A DNA stretch of 39,342 bases from Escherichia phage HC12. This document shows positions 26,311-36,390 of this stretch, piece after piece (position 1 is the stretch's first letter; every line of letters begins with the position of its first letter). A model generated the notes under the pieces. The model was given only the letters and a program-made list of their open reading frames with translations. It was not told the origin of the DNA and ran no database searches. A program made the position numbers and the translations under genes. The stretch lies in sequence record OL362275.1; one strand, 5' to 3'.

Positions 26311-26882
26311 GTATCGGCATGGGTATCATGGCTGTAGCCGGGGCCACTATGTCCGCATCTCAACAGGCAAAGGCTGAGGGTGCTGCTATCGACGCTCAGA
26401 ACCGGCAGGCTCAGGAGATGATTAAACAGATGAACTACTCTGACGCCAACCTGAGGATGCAGGAGAGGGACCTGAAGGAGCAGCAGATGGCTGAACTGAC
26501 AGAGACCACGTTAAACGGTATCCGCAATCAGGGTATGGTCAGAGCTGCGGTAGCTGAGTCCGGTCTGGAAGGTAACTCTATGGACAGGATTGAACGTCAG
26601 GTCGAGGGAGACACAGTAAAGGAGAGAGCAGGGATTACCGAAAGCTACAACCGTGACTATGCGGCTATCTTCGGGAACCGTATCGCCAACATTGAGAACA
26701 CCAAGTCTGCTATCCGTGGTCAGGGTAAAATCATCAAGACCAGCCCACTGGCTCATGCACTTAATGTTGCTACCGCCGGGATGCAAGGTTACGCCGCTGG
26801 TAAGTCAATCTCTGGAGCGTCCAGCTCTGGCGGTGCTGCACCAATTAGTGCTGCTAAAGGTACACCTACAGGTCATAGCTAA
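26295..26882 (+). CDS. 14: Internal virion protein B
   Basis: 195 aa; starts MC..., Gln/Ala-rich, EGNSMDRIER aligns with T7 gp14 (EGSSMDRIKR), C-terminal AAKGT.TG. Confidence 0.85.
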   Translation: MCEPVSIGMGIMAVAGATMSASQQAKAEGAAIDAQNRQAQEMIKQMNYSDANLRMQERDLKEQQMAELTETTLNGIRNQGMVRAAVAESGLEGNSMDRIERQVEGDTVKERAGITESYNRDYAAIFGNRIANIENTKSAIRGQGKIIKTSPLAHALNVATAGMQGYAAGKSISGASSSGGAAPISAAKGTPTGHS

Positions 26883-26893
26883 GAGGAGGACTA

Positions 26894-29176
26894 ATGGCTA
26901 GTAATATTGAATCAGCTCTGGCTAATCGGACTATGGGTCGTGGCAGAGCGCCTGGTAAAACTATCGCCGTCAACTATCAAGCAGCCAGCGTTCAGGCTCC
27001 AACTGGCGACTCCGGTCTGGCTCGTGCGTTAACCAACTTCGTTGAGTCTGGGACAGGATTGTACAAGCAGTTCAAGGACGATGAGAAGACCAGAGCTGAC
27101 GAGCGGTCTAACGAGATTATCCGTAAGCTGACACCCCAGCAAAGACGTGAGGCTATCCAGAACGGCACATTGCTGTATCAGGATGACCCTTACGCTATGG
27201 AAGCACTTCGAGTCAAGACTGGTCGTAATGCTGCCTTTGCTGTAGACGACGAGATTAACGTTAAGATTCAGAACGGTGAGTTCCGTACACGTCAGGACAT
27301 GGAAGAGTATCGTCACCAGCGACTTCAGGACGCCGCTAAGTCATATGCTGAAGAGGCGGGTATTAACCCTACAGACGAGTTCTTCCAGCGTGGGTTCAAC
27401 GATAACATCACAGACCGCAACATCGCTATCTATGGGTCTTTCAATAAGTATTTCAGCAAGCAGTCTGAAGAGACAGCAATGTTGAACACCCGTATTGAGA
27501 TGAACTCATTCCTGAACGATGGCGACCTGATGCGTTCACCTGAGTCTGGCAAGACCTTCATGGCCTACCTTCGGGATGGACTAACGACTGCTGCTATCCC
27601 CTCGGACCAGCGAGCGCGGGAGGTCATTGCCCAGACGGTCCGTGACGCAATCCAGAAGTCAGGCGGCTCAAACTTCCTACAGCAAGTACGAGGCGAGCGA
27701 ATCACCCTTAACGGCGTGGATGCTACAGTCGAAGAGATTGTAGGACCTGATGTCTTCAACGCTGCTATTGTTGAGGCACAAGGAACTGAGTACAAGCTGG
27801 TGGCTAAGTATCAGGAAGACTTAGCGTTAGGCGTGCAGTCTGCGATTCTTCAGGACGACCCAACCATCGGTCTGGCCCAGATTCAAAAACTCAAGGAGCA
27901 GAACAACCTGCTTCAACCGGGTGAAGAACTCACACCTCAGCGTCAGATGCTTATTAATGCCGAAGCCAGCTTACTGGAAGCGGTAAAGCGTAAGTCTGCT
28001 GAACAGGCGAAGGAGAACACGAAGTTAATCCAGACCCAGAACAAGCAACTGGTCATTGACCAAGTGTATCAGCGACGTCTGGCTGGAGACAACGTGTCCA
28101 CCAACTATGAGGACCTTCCGGTCTCTGAAGCCACAGGAGAGTTCAAGCGTTCAGACATGAACAACTATGCGTCTTCTAAGCTACAGCAGATTGACCAGAT
28201 GGACATCCCTGAGGCTGCTAAGGACGCACAGAAGGTTGCATTATTAAGAGCTGACACTAACAACGGTCCGTTCCGTAATGCCTTTCAAACGCTTACTCAG
28301 GACGCTGCTGGTGAGTGGCAAGCTGCGGTCATCCGTGGGCAGTACGACCCAGACAAGCTGCAACGCTTCGAATCTCTTCGTCGTGCCTACACTCAGGACC
28401 CTTCAAGTTTCGCTGCTCTGTATCCTGACCAAGCTCAGTTGTTCTCTACGTTCGACCAGATGGACAAGATGGGTCTGGACCCTCAGACGATGATTGAAGC
28501 TGATAAGCAAGCTGCAAGTCAAAGCCGTGAGATGCGCATGGAGTCAGACAAGGCGTGGCAGGAGTTGAAGAACGACTCTCGGAATAAGGACCTTTCGCGT
28601 CTTCCTACGTCTCTAGACTCAAGTGCTCGTAAGGTCTGGGACTCATGGTACTATCGTACAGGTAACGCTGACGCTGCAACGCAGCAGACTCAACGCTGGC
28701 TGAATGAGAACACCGTAACGTTCCAGTCTGAAGGTTCTGACGGTAAGTCCATCGGCATGGTGTCCAAACACCAGCTTATGGTCGGGGATAACCCAGAGTC
28801 GTGGCAGGTGGGTCGAGACATTATCGACACCGCTCGTAAGCAGCTCATTAAGGCCAACCCTTGGGTAGTGAACTCTCAGTTGTCCGTTGTTGAACAGAAC
28901 GGCTCTATCTTCCTCCAAGACGCTACGGGGACTATTCGTATTCGATACGATAAAGAACTTGTAGGTAAACTCTACCGCGAACAACAGCAGAAGGTACAAG
29001 ATGCCGCATATGCTCAGGCAGAACGTGACGCTAACAAGCGAGCGCGTATCGTCGGGACTAAAGCTGCTGGTGACAAACGTCGAGCTGACCGAGAGGCCAA
29101 CATCGAGAAGCGCGGTGGGATGTACAATGATGTCTCACTGGAGGGTATCGCAAACACCTTAATCGGTAAGGAGTAA
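26894..29176 (+). CDS. 15: Internal virion protein C
   Basis: 760-aa ORF between gp14 and gp16, size and position as T7 gp15. RBS GAGGAGG. Confidence 0.85.
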   Translation: MASNIESALANRTMGRGRAPGKTIAVNYQAASVQAPTGDSGLARALTNFVESGTGLYKQFKDDEKTRADERSNEIIRKLTPQQRREAIQNGTLLYQDDPYAMEALRVKTGRNAAFAVDDEINVKIQNGEFRTRQDMEEYRHQRLQDAAKSYAEEAGINPTDEFFQRGFNDNITDRNIAIYGSFNKYFSKQSEETAMLNTRIEMNSFLNDGDLMRSPESGKTFMAYLRDGLTTAAIPSDQRAREVIAQTVRDAIQKSGGSNFLQQVRGERITLNGVDATVEEIVGPDVFNAAIVEAQGTEYKLVAKYQEDLALGVQSAILQDDPTIGLAQIQKLKEQNNLLQPGEELTPQRQMLINAEASLLEAVKRKSAEQAKENTKLIQTQNKQLVIDQVYQRRLAGDNVSTNYEDLPVSEATGEFKRSDMNNYASSKLQQIDQMDIPEAAKDAQKVALLRADTNNGPFRNAFQTLTQDAAGEWQAAVIRGQYDPDKLQRFESLRRAYTQDPSSFAALYPDQAQLFSTFDQMDKMGLDPQTMIEADKQAASQSREMRMESDKAWQELKNDSRNKDLSRLPTSLDSSARKVWDSWYYRTGNADAATQQTQRWLNENTVTFQSEGSDGKSIGMVSKHQLMVGDNPESWQVGRDIIDTARKQLIKANPWVVNSQLSVVEQNGSIFLQDATGTIRIRYDKELVGKLYREQQQKVQDAAYAQAERDANKRARIVGTKAAGDKRRADREANIEKRGGMYNDVSLEGIANTLIGKE

Positions 29177-29181
29177 TAATA

Positions 29182-29631
29182 ATGAAGAACGGGACAGCCA
29201 GTGAGAGACTGGCAGAACTGTCAGTAGCTGAAGAGTCTGGCTGTATCCGATTCACAGGCCACTTAGACGGAGAAGGATACGGAAGGATAATGGTCAACAG
29301 GGTCAAATACAGAGCGCATAGACTTGCTTACGAGCTTGCTAACGGTCCTATACCCGATGGCTACGTTGTTCGCCATAAGTGCGACAACCCGTCCTGTATA
29401 AACCCAAGCCACCTTGAAGTCGGCACCCAAGCTGATAACATAAAGGATAAGGTGACTAGAGGTCGCCAAGCGTTAGGACGCTTCGTAGGATCGTCTAAGC
29501 TCACTGAGGAAAGTGTGCGTGATATAAGGTCCAGCGACCTAAAGGTTTCACTCTTGGCTGAACGCTATGGAGTGAGTACGGTTTCTATTAGAAATATCTT
29601 GAGGAGAAAGACATGGCGACACGTGGAGTAA
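29182..29631 (+). CDS. HNH homing endonuclease (free-standing), inserted between genes 15 and 16
   Basis: GYGRIMVNRVKYRAHRLAYELANGPIPDGYVVRHKCDNPSCINPSHLEVGTQADN is a classic HNH motif; C-terminal helix-turn-helix-like LAERYGVSTVSIRNILRRK. Overlaps the gene 16 start by 19 nt. Confidence 0.85.
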   Translation: MKNGTASERLAELSVAEESGCIRFTGHLDGEGYGRIMVNRVKYRAHRLAYELANGPIPDGYVVRHKCDNPSCINPSHLEVGTQADNIKDKVTRGRQALGRFVGSSKLTEESVRDIRSSDLKVSLLAERYGVSTVSIRNILRRKTWRHVE

Positions 29632-32600
29632 GGAACTCAAACCCCGGGAACCTCCGTAAGTCCAAAGACCAATGGGAAGGTGCTATAGGTGATGATGGCG
29701 AATTCGTTATCTTCGACAGTCCTGAATCTGGCGTCCGAGCCTTAGCGAAAAACCTTCAAAGCTACGGTCGCCAAGGTTATGACTCCATCGAGAAGATTAT
29801 CAACCGATGGGCACCTCCGAGCGAGAACGACACTAAGTCCTACATCGACTCAGTGGTGGCTGCGACTGGTATCCCTGCCACCCAGAGTCTCGACCTATCG
29901 GACCCTGACACCCTGTCTTCTCTGGCTCAAGCTATCAGCTTCCATGAGACAGGCTCCCGGTACGACCCTGAAGTCTATCAGAAGGGAGTCGCACGAGCAC
30001 TCAATGGCATTAGCCCAAAGACTCCACCAGTAAGCGCTAACGTATTTGACGCACTCACGGAAGGACTCAAGGCTAAACCTAAAGTAGCTCTGGGTGAGAA
30101 CCTTCCGACCGCTGCTGGTCTAAACATTGAGGGTCAAGCACCTGAATCTCCCAACGAATCGTTCGGTGAGATGTTCTATAAGTCTACTGGCGAGACCATG
30201 AAGGAACGAGAGGACCGCTCTACGTGGTTCGGTTTCGGTGAGGCTACAAAAGCTGAAGTGAAGAACTCTATGATCGGCGTGGCTATCCGCGCTGGTCAGA
30301 CCGAGGACTCACTGGATGTCATTGGCGATGTGTTCAACCCAACCCGATGGAACAACCATAAGTGGTCTCGTGAGGAGCTGGACCAGATTCGTAACGCTGG
30401 GGTTCTTCCTCAGTATTACGGAGTCATTACTGGTGGTTCTCCTCAGAACCTGACCGAGCTTATTAACTTGGCGCTTGAGAACCAGAAGTTGGATCAAGAG
30501 AAGGCCAAGGCTGGGACTGGTGCTCAGTTAGCCGCTGGTGTGATTGGCGCTGGTGTGGACCCTCTGACCTACGTCCCTATTGCTGGACAGGTTGGTAAGG
30601 GCGGTAAGCTGGTCAATAAGATGTTCACCGTGGCTGCTCAATCTGGAGCACTGGCTGGTGTGTCTGAGATGGCCCGTACCTCAGTGGCTGGTGGTGATGC
30701 TCATGTGGCTGAAGCTATCCTTGGTGGCGCTCTCTTCGGTGGTGGTATGACTGCTATCGCTGATGGACTAGGCAGAGCCTTAGGCCGAAACACTAATGAG
30801 TTTGCTGGTCCAGCTACCCGTCTGGAAGCTCGTGAGACAGCTCGCAACACTGATGGTCAGGACCTGTCTCGTCTACCTATTCAGGATGGTGAGCAGACAT
30901 TTAGTCATCAAGGAGTTAAGTTCGCTAACGTTCCAAACGAGCCGGGTAGTGTACGATTAGAAGATGGTTCAATCCTGATTGGTGAGAACCCTCTGAACCC
31001 TAAGACACGTAAGGTCTTTGACGAAGTGATTGAGCCTGAACGTGCCGCTGCGGGTGTGAACCTTGGTGGCCTGACTGAGATTGGCCTGAAGCTGCTTCGG
31101 TCTGAGAACCCTGAGATTCGTGGAGTAGCTGCTGACTTAGTGCGTTCACCGACTGGTATGCAGTCTGGGGCCTCAGGTAAAATCGGGACCACTGCGTCAG
31201 ACGTATTCGAGAGACTTCGTGCTGTGGACCATCGGTTCTACAACGACATCGACGAAGCGGTTACTGAGGCGCTCAAGGACCCATACTTCCAGACAGCATT
31301 CTGGCGAGACTCTGGCGCATTCCGTCAGGACATCTACCAGCGTGTGTCTATGGCTATTGAAGACGGAAGTGGGAACCTGAAGGCTGAACTGACTCCGGGA
31401 GAACTGAAAGTCTATGACCTGCTGAAGAACCAGTTTGACGCCAAGCGTGAGATGATGGAGAACCCGGCGATGTTTGGTCGTCCAGACGCTCAGTCTATCT
31501 TTCCGGGCAGCCGCTTCAAGGGAACCTACGTCCCGCATGTGTATAGCAACCAGATGAAGAAGCTGTACATCAAGGAGCTTGGGAGTCCAGAGGCGTTGCA
31601 GGAGGCCATCAAGAAGTCATGGTTGACCAGCTATGCGTCTCGACCTGAAGTCAAGAAACGCGTGGACGAGGCACTCTTAGAGGCTGACCCTACGTTGACT
31701 CCAGAAGGACTTGCGGCTGCGGTCGATAAGTACGCCAACGATAAGGCTTATGGTATCTCTCACACCGAGCAGTTCGAGCGTTCATCCGTAATGGAAGAGA
31801 ACATCAATGGTCTGGTAGGTCTGGAGAACAACAGCTTCCTTGAGGCTCGTAACCTGTTCGATAGCGATATGTCAATCGTCCTACCTAACGGTCAGACCTT
31901 CAGTGTCAACAACCTGCGTGAGTGGGACATGGACAAGATTGTCCCGGCCTACAACCGTCGAGTTAATGGCGATATTGCTATCATGGCTGGTACAGGCAAG
32001 ACCACGAAGGACATGAAGGACTTGGTTGAGACCCTGATGAACAAGGCTGGGGATGACGGTAAGTTGAAAGGTGAAGTATCTACCTTACGTGACACTTTGA
32101 AGATTCTAACTGGTCGTGCTCGACGTGATGGTGCTGATGATGCGGCCTTCGCTACCGTGATGCGCACAATGACAGACCTATCGTTCTTCGCTAAGAATGC
32201 CTACATGGGTGTTCAGAACTTAACGGAGATTGGTGGTATGCTGGCTCGTGGTAACGTTCGTGCAATGCTTCATGGAGTCCCAATTTTCCGTGACCTAGCC
32301 TTCCGTAACAAGAAGGTTGGGGCCTCAGAGATTAAGGACCTGCACAATGTTATCTTCGGTAAGGAACTGGATGACTCAATCCGTCCGTCTAAACAGGATG
32401 TCATTGACCGTCTGCGATCTTACAGTGACCTAGGTCGTGGTACAGCTACAGCTCTGGGGACTGCCAAGTATTACACTGGCGAACTTGCAGTACGCTCTCC
32501 GTTCACTAAAGTCCTCAACGGTACGACCAACTACCTGTTAGATGCTGGACGTCAGGGCTTCCTGTCTGACATCGTGGAGCATAGCCTGACTGGTAGTAAG

Positions 32601-33500
32601 CGTAAGTTCGATGACCGCTGGCTGAAGACCGCTGGTATCTCTGACGAGCAGTGGAAGGGCATTAAGTCCCTAATCCGTGAGTCAGTGACTCGTGGTCCAG
32701 ACGGGAAGTACACCATCAAGGATAAGAAGGCGTTCAGTCAGGACCCAAGGGCTATGGACCTCTGGCGTATGGGTGACACCATCGCTGATGAGACCCTGCT
32801 CCGTCCCCACAAGCTGAGCAACATGGACGCCAAGGCTTATGGTCCGATAGCGAAGACTGTCTTGCAGTTTAAGAACTTCGTTATCAAGTCTATCAACGGT
32901 CGAACCATGCGTACCTTCTACAATGCCACCAAGAACAACCGAGCTATGGACGCTGCGCTGTCAACGGTTATGTCTATGGGTCTGGCTGGAATGTACTACA
33001 TGGCTCAGGCGCACATAAAGGCTTACGCTATGCAGGACGGGCGTGACCAAGAGTATCTGAAGCAAGCCCTTAACCCAACAATGATTGGCTATGCGGCGCT
33101 GTCCCGTAGCTCCCACTTAGGTGGTCCTCTTGGGGTCGCCAACATTCTGGGTGGAATCGCTGGGTATGAGGACACTAAGATGCTCCGCTCGTCAATCCTT
33201 CCGCGCTCACCTACCGAGAAGACGGAGAAGCCAATCGCCTTTGGTGCTGCTTCCAGTGGTCCGGTAATGAATGTGGTCGGCAACTTCCTTGAGCAGGTCC
33301 CGGCTTTCGGCTATGCTGCTAACGTTGGTGCTACGGCTTACAACTTGGCGGGATACCTCAAGGCTGATACCCGTGTCAACGAGCGAGACTACATGACCGG
33401 GATGTATAACACGTTCCGTGAACTTGTACCGAATGACCCGATTACCCAGAAGTTGCTGCTTGGAACGTTTGAGGAGCAGGGCATCCACATCAAGGACTAA
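29613..33500 (+). CDS. 16: Internal virion protein D (ejection protein), N-terminal domain unlike the T7 transglycosylase domain
   Basis: 1295 aa. From about residue 230 colinear with T7 gp16 (TRWN..W..EEL..IRN, SPTGMQSGASGK, YGISHTEQFE, NSFLEARNLFDSD, FFAKNAYMG, DPTMIGYAALSRSS, KELVPNDP). N-terminal 130 aa (NSNPGNLRK...RWAPPSENDT) is different. Confidence 0.93.
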   Translation: MATRGVRNSNPGNLRKSKDQWEGAIGDDGEFVIFDSPESGVRALAKNLQSYGRQGYDSIEKIINRWAPPSENDTKSYIDSVVAATGIPATQSLDLSDPDTLSSLAQAISFHETGSRYDPEVYQKGVARALNGISPKTPPVSANVFDALTEGLKAKPKVALGENLPTAAGLNIEGQAPESPNESFGEMFYKSTGETMKEREDRSTWFGFGEATKAEVKNSMIGVAIRAGQTEDSLDVIGDVFNPTRWNNHKWSREELDQIRNAGVLPQYYGVITGGSPQNLTELINLALENQKLDQEKAKAGTGAQLAAGVIGAGVDPLTYVPIAGQVGKGGKLVNKMFTVAAQSGALAGVSEMARTSVAGGDAHVAEAILGGALFGGGMTAIADGLGRALGRNTNEFAGPATRLEARETARNTDGQDLSRLPIQDGEQTFSHQGVKFANVPNEPGSVRLEDGSILIGENPLNPKTRKVFDEVIEPERAAAGVNLGGLTEIGLKLLRSENPEIRGVAADLVRSPTGMQSGASGKIGTTASDVFERLRAVDHRFYNDIDEAVTEALKDPYFQTAFWRDSGAFRQDIYQRVSMAIEDGSGNLKAELTPGELKVYDLLKNQFDAKREMMENPAMFGRPDAQSIFPGSRFKGTYVPHVYSNQMKKLYIKELGSPEALQEAIKKSWLTSYASRPEVKKRVDEALLEADPTLTPEGLAAAVDKYANDKAYGISHTEQFERSSVMEENINGLVGLENNSFLEARNLFDSDMSIVLPNGQTFSVNNLREWDMDKIVPAYNRRVNGDIAIMAGTGKTTKDMKDLVETLMNKAGDDGKLKGEVSTLRDTLKILTGRARRDGADDAAFATVMRTMTDLSFFAKNAYMGVQNLTEIGGMLARGNVRAMLHGVPIFRDLAFRNKKVGASEIKDLHNVIFGKELDDSIRPSKQDVIDRLRSYSDLGRGTATALGTAKYYTGELAVRSPFTKVLNGTTNYLLDAGRQGFLSDIVEHSLTGSKRKFDDRWLKTAGISDEQWKGIKSLIRESVTRGPDGKYTIKDKKAFSQDPRAMDLWRMGDTIADETLLRPHKLSNMDAKAYGPIAKTVLQFKNFVIKSINGRTMRTFYNATKNNRAMDAALSTVMSMGLAGMYYMAQAHIKAYAMQDGRDQEYLKQALNPTMIGYAALSRSSHLGGPLGVANILGGIAGYEDTKMLRSSILPRSPTEKTEKPIAFGAASSGPVMNVVGNFLEQVPAFGYAANVGATAYNLAGYLKADTRVNERDYMTGMYNTFRELVPNDPITQKLLLGTFEEQGIHIKD

Positions 33501-33518
33501 ACTATCACTATAGGAAAC
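33496..33518 (+). promoter_or_regulatory. Phage RNA polymerase promoter (phi17-like)
   Basis: ACTAAACTATCACTATAGGAAAC, overlapping the gene 16 stop. Confidence 0.7.
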
Positions 33519-33564
33519 TGGAGGCGCTACCATAGGTCTCCGTTTAAATCACAAAGGAGGCATA

Positions 33565-35745
33565 ATGTCCACGATTACACAATTCCCTTCAGGAAACACT
33601 CAGTACAGGATAGAGTTCGACTACCTAGCCAGAACGTTTGTTGTTGTTACGCTGGTGAATAGCTCTAACCCTACCCTGAACCGTGTACTGGAAGTTGGTA
33701 GAGATTACCGATTCCTTAATCCAACGATGATTGAGATGTTGGCTGACCAATCAGGTTTCGACATCGTTCGTATTCACCGTCAGACTGGAACTGACTTAGT
33801 GGTAGACTTCAGGAATGGCTCAGTGTTGACGGCTAGTGACCTGACCAATTCAGAGCTTCAGGCTATCCATATTGCAGAAGAAGGTCGAGACCAAACGGTT
33901 GACTTAGCGAAGGAATATGCCGATGCTGCTGGTAGCTCTGCTGGCAACGCTAAGGATAGCGAGGACGAAGCACGACGAATGGCGGCGAGTATCAAGGAAT
34001 TTGGTAAAATTGGCTATATTACCCGTCGCTCCTTCGAGAAAGGCTTCAACGTTACAACATGGAACGAGGTCCTGCTATGGGAAGAGGATGGTGCTTATTA
34101 CCGCTGGGATGGTACGCTTCCAAAGAACGTTCCCGCTGGTTCAACTCCTGAATCATCTGGTGGTATTGGGCTGAGTGCGTGGGTTAGTGTTGGTGATGCG
34201 TCACTTAGAGCAAACCTGTCTGATAGTGATGGCGCTAAATACATAGGCAGTGGAGAAAGGACATTACTTGAGCACAACAATGATGTTTTGCACTCAAAAG
34301 ACTTCCCAACACTGCAGGCAGCTATAGATGCATCTTTGCAAAAAAATGATCTACTGGTGTCTCCTGGAAATTATACTGAAAAAGTTACTATTGGAAACGC
34401 GCAGTTAAAAGGTGTTGGCGGGGCCACGGTACTAAAAACTCCGGCAGACTTTACAAACACTGTTCAGGTTAATTTAGCTACACCTAATTGGCAATTCCGC
34501 CATAGTGGTGGTTTTGCTATAGATGGTTCCGGGACAACCGGGGCCGTAGGTATTAGTTTTGACCCGTCAGACCAATATTCCGGACGTCATAATTTTAGTG
34601 ATGTATACATCCACAACATCAACAAGGCCATTCAGAAGCCTTCCGGGAACATCGGCAATACTTGGAGAAATATTGGGATATCTACGTGTGATTGGGGGTA
34701 TTACGCGATTAGTGGCTCAGAGATGCATTGCGGGGCCGATACCCTCTACAATATCCACTTCGATGGCATCTCCACCTATGCAGTCTATCTAGACGGCACT
34801 GTCGATAATGGCGGGGTGGGCGCATGGTGGCTTAAAGACTCCATTATTGAGGCTTCCGGAGGTGGCGGGATATACTTAAAAAGTAAATCGGGCGACTGTC
34901 CTACATCTCCATGCGGGGTATCCAATATATGGATGGAAGCGATCGCAACATCACCGGCTGTTCAGGTAGACGGCGTGGCGCAAAAACCGCGAGTTCTCAA
35001 GTTGGTAGACACAGCGATATTCTTTGCTGAGTATTCTTATCTCAACAACATCGAGCTATCCAACTCCAACTTAGTAACTTATGGTTGCCGTTTTGACAAC
35101 GCTGATGGTAATCAGGATATTGTCGTGGATGCACAAAGTACCATTGTAGCCCATGACGTGTATTTAAACGGCAGTTCTGGAAAGGACGTTATTGTGGAGT
35201 CCGTCGCATCGCAATCTGCAACTATAGCTACCACAAACTTATCTCTGAGGGGCAACTTAACAAGAGGGAGAGTATTTAATACGCCGACAGGGAATAAATT
35301 AATGGCTATCACATTTGACTCAGGTAGCCATAAGTTTTCTGGCAGCGGCACCGTTAACGGTTCGACTGTATCTGACGGACTTCACGCCGCTACATGTACC
35401 GAATTTTCATTCCCCGGAGCCGGTTTATATGAAATGGTAGCGACAAGAACAACCATTACATCCGGTAGATGGTACGTGTGGGGAGTTAACTCACGCCTAC
35501 AATCTGGCTCGGCGGATATTAGTATAACGTCAGGTATTACCATGGGTAGTGTTTACACAAAGCCGGGGGAGTGGATTAGCACTTTCGGTGTAGGAAAGGC
35601 ATCTACCACTGGCACTGTAGCGCTATACGTTTCCACAGGAGGAGGTTCGGGAGCTACGGTCAGATTCAGTGACTTTTTCATCGCTGAGTTTACGACGCAA
35701 GCTCAGGCTTTAGCTTTCGCCAATTCAAGGATGTCGTTATCATAA
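33565..35745 (+). CDS. 17: Tail fibre / tailspike: conserved T7-type N-terminal adapter, divergent C-terminal receptor-binding domain
   Basis: N-terminal 150 aa (FDYLARTFVVVTL, DYRF, LVVDFRNGSVLTASDL, IHIAEEGRD) align with T7 gp17. Remainder unrelated to T7, Gly/Ser/Thr/Asn-rich with repetitive beta-strand-like segments. DNA becomes AT-rich from about 34200. Confidence 0.9.
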   Translation: MSTITQFPSGNTQYRIEFDYLARTFVVVTLVNSSNPTLNRVLEVGRDYRFLNPTMIEMLADQSGFDIVRIHRQTGTDLVVDFRNGSVLTASDLTNSELQAIHIAEEGRDQTVDLAKEYADAAGSSAGNAKDSEDEARRMAASIKEFGKIGYITRRSFEKGFNVTTWNEVLLWEEDGAYYRWDGTLPKNVPAGSTPESSGGIGLSAWVSVGDASLRANLSDSDGAKYIGSGERTLLEHNNDVLHSKDFPTLQAAIDASLQKNDLLVSPGNYTEKVTIGNAQLKGVGGATVLKTPADFTNTVQVNLATPNWQFRHSGGFAIDGSGTTGAVGISFDPSDQYSGRHNFSDVYIHNINKAIQKPSGNIGNTWRNIGISTCDWGYYAISGSEMHCGADTLYNIHFDGISTYAVYLDGTVDNGGVGAWWLKDSIIEASGGGGIYLKSKSGDCPTSPCGVSNIWMEAIATSPAVQVDGVAQKPRVLKLVDTAIFFAEYSYLNNIELSNSNLVTYGCRFDNADGNQDIVVDAQSTIVAHDVYLNGSSGKDVIVESVASQSATIATTNLSLRGNLTRGRVFNTPTGNKLMAITFDSGSHKFSGSGTVNGSTVSDGLHAATCTEFSFPGAGLYEMVATRTTITSGRWYVWGVNSRLQSGSADISITSGITMGSVYTKPGEWISTFGVGKASTTGTVALYVSTGGGSGATVRFSDFFIAEFTTQAQALAFANSRMSLS

Positions 35746-35889
35746 AAACAACCTCAGCCGAATCGGGTTATTTATCATCAGAACGGTATTGAATAATCGA
35801 AGGTTGTGGAGGTAGAGGATAACTACACGTTGACCAACGTATGATAACAACTTTGGGTCACGGACGACCCGCTTTAAACTGGAGGTTTT

Positions 35890-36084
35890 ATGATTGAGTT
35901 AGACTTCAAGAATGAGGTCCTCAAAGCCTCGCCTATCGTCGGGACCGCTGCGGCTGATGGTGCCAGTCGGTTCTTCTTTGGGCTAACGCTCAACGAATGG
36001 TTCTACGTCGCTGCTATCGCGTACACCGTGGTGCAGATTGGCGTCCTAATTTACAAGACGATTAAGAGCGGAGGTAAGACATGA
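35890..36084 (+). CDS. 17.5: Holin (class II)
   Basis: 64 aa, near-colinear with T7 gp17.5: LDFKNEVLKASPIVGTAAADGASRFFFGLTLNEWFYVAAIAYTVVQIG. Confidence 0.9.
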   Translation: MIELDFKNEVLKASPIVGTAAADGASRFFFGLTLNEWFYVAAIAYTVVQIGVLIYKTIKSGGKT

Positions 36085-36344
36085 CGCAGATGGACTTAGA
36101 GAAGTTCCTGTTAATGCTGGACACAGAACGTGCTAGACTAATGCTGCAAGACCTGCGGGATGACTCTAAGCGTTCGCCCCAGCTCTACAACGCCATTGAG
36201 AAACTGCTTGCTCGACACAACTTTGTGTTAAGCAAGGTGTCTGTGGACGAGAAGACGCTGGCGGATATGGAGGCCTTGAACGCAGAGTACGATAAGGTGC
36301 TTTCAGCTACTGAGGATAATGACACCGGGTATGGTGTTCAATAA
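36081..36344 (+). CDS. 18: Terminase small subunit
   Basis: 87 aa; FLLMLDTERARLMLQDLRDDSKRSPQLYNAIEKLLARH aligns with T7 gp18. Confidence 0.9.
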   Translation: MTQMDLEKFLLMLDTERARLMLQDLRDDSKRSPQLYNAIEKLLARHNFVLSKVSVDEKTLADMEALNAEYDKVLSATEDNDTGYGVQ

Positions 36345-36347
36345 GTG

Positions 36348-36390
36348 TTAGACTCAAGGTCATCGTCAGGTGGCCTTTATGGTTAACACT
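36348..36390 (+). promoter_or_regulatory. RNase III-type processing hairpin (R18.5-like)
   Basis: GTTAGACTCAAGGTCATCGTCAGGTGGCCTTTATGGTTAAC, third copy of the conserved element, at the position of T7 R18.5. Confidence 0.55.

Noticed and set aside
35746-35889. Possible terminator or hairpin in the spacer between tail fibre and holin genes
   Set aside because: Only short, imperfect inverted repeats (ACAACCT/AGGTTGT 50 nt apart) and no stem followed by a U-tract. Not convincing as a terminator.
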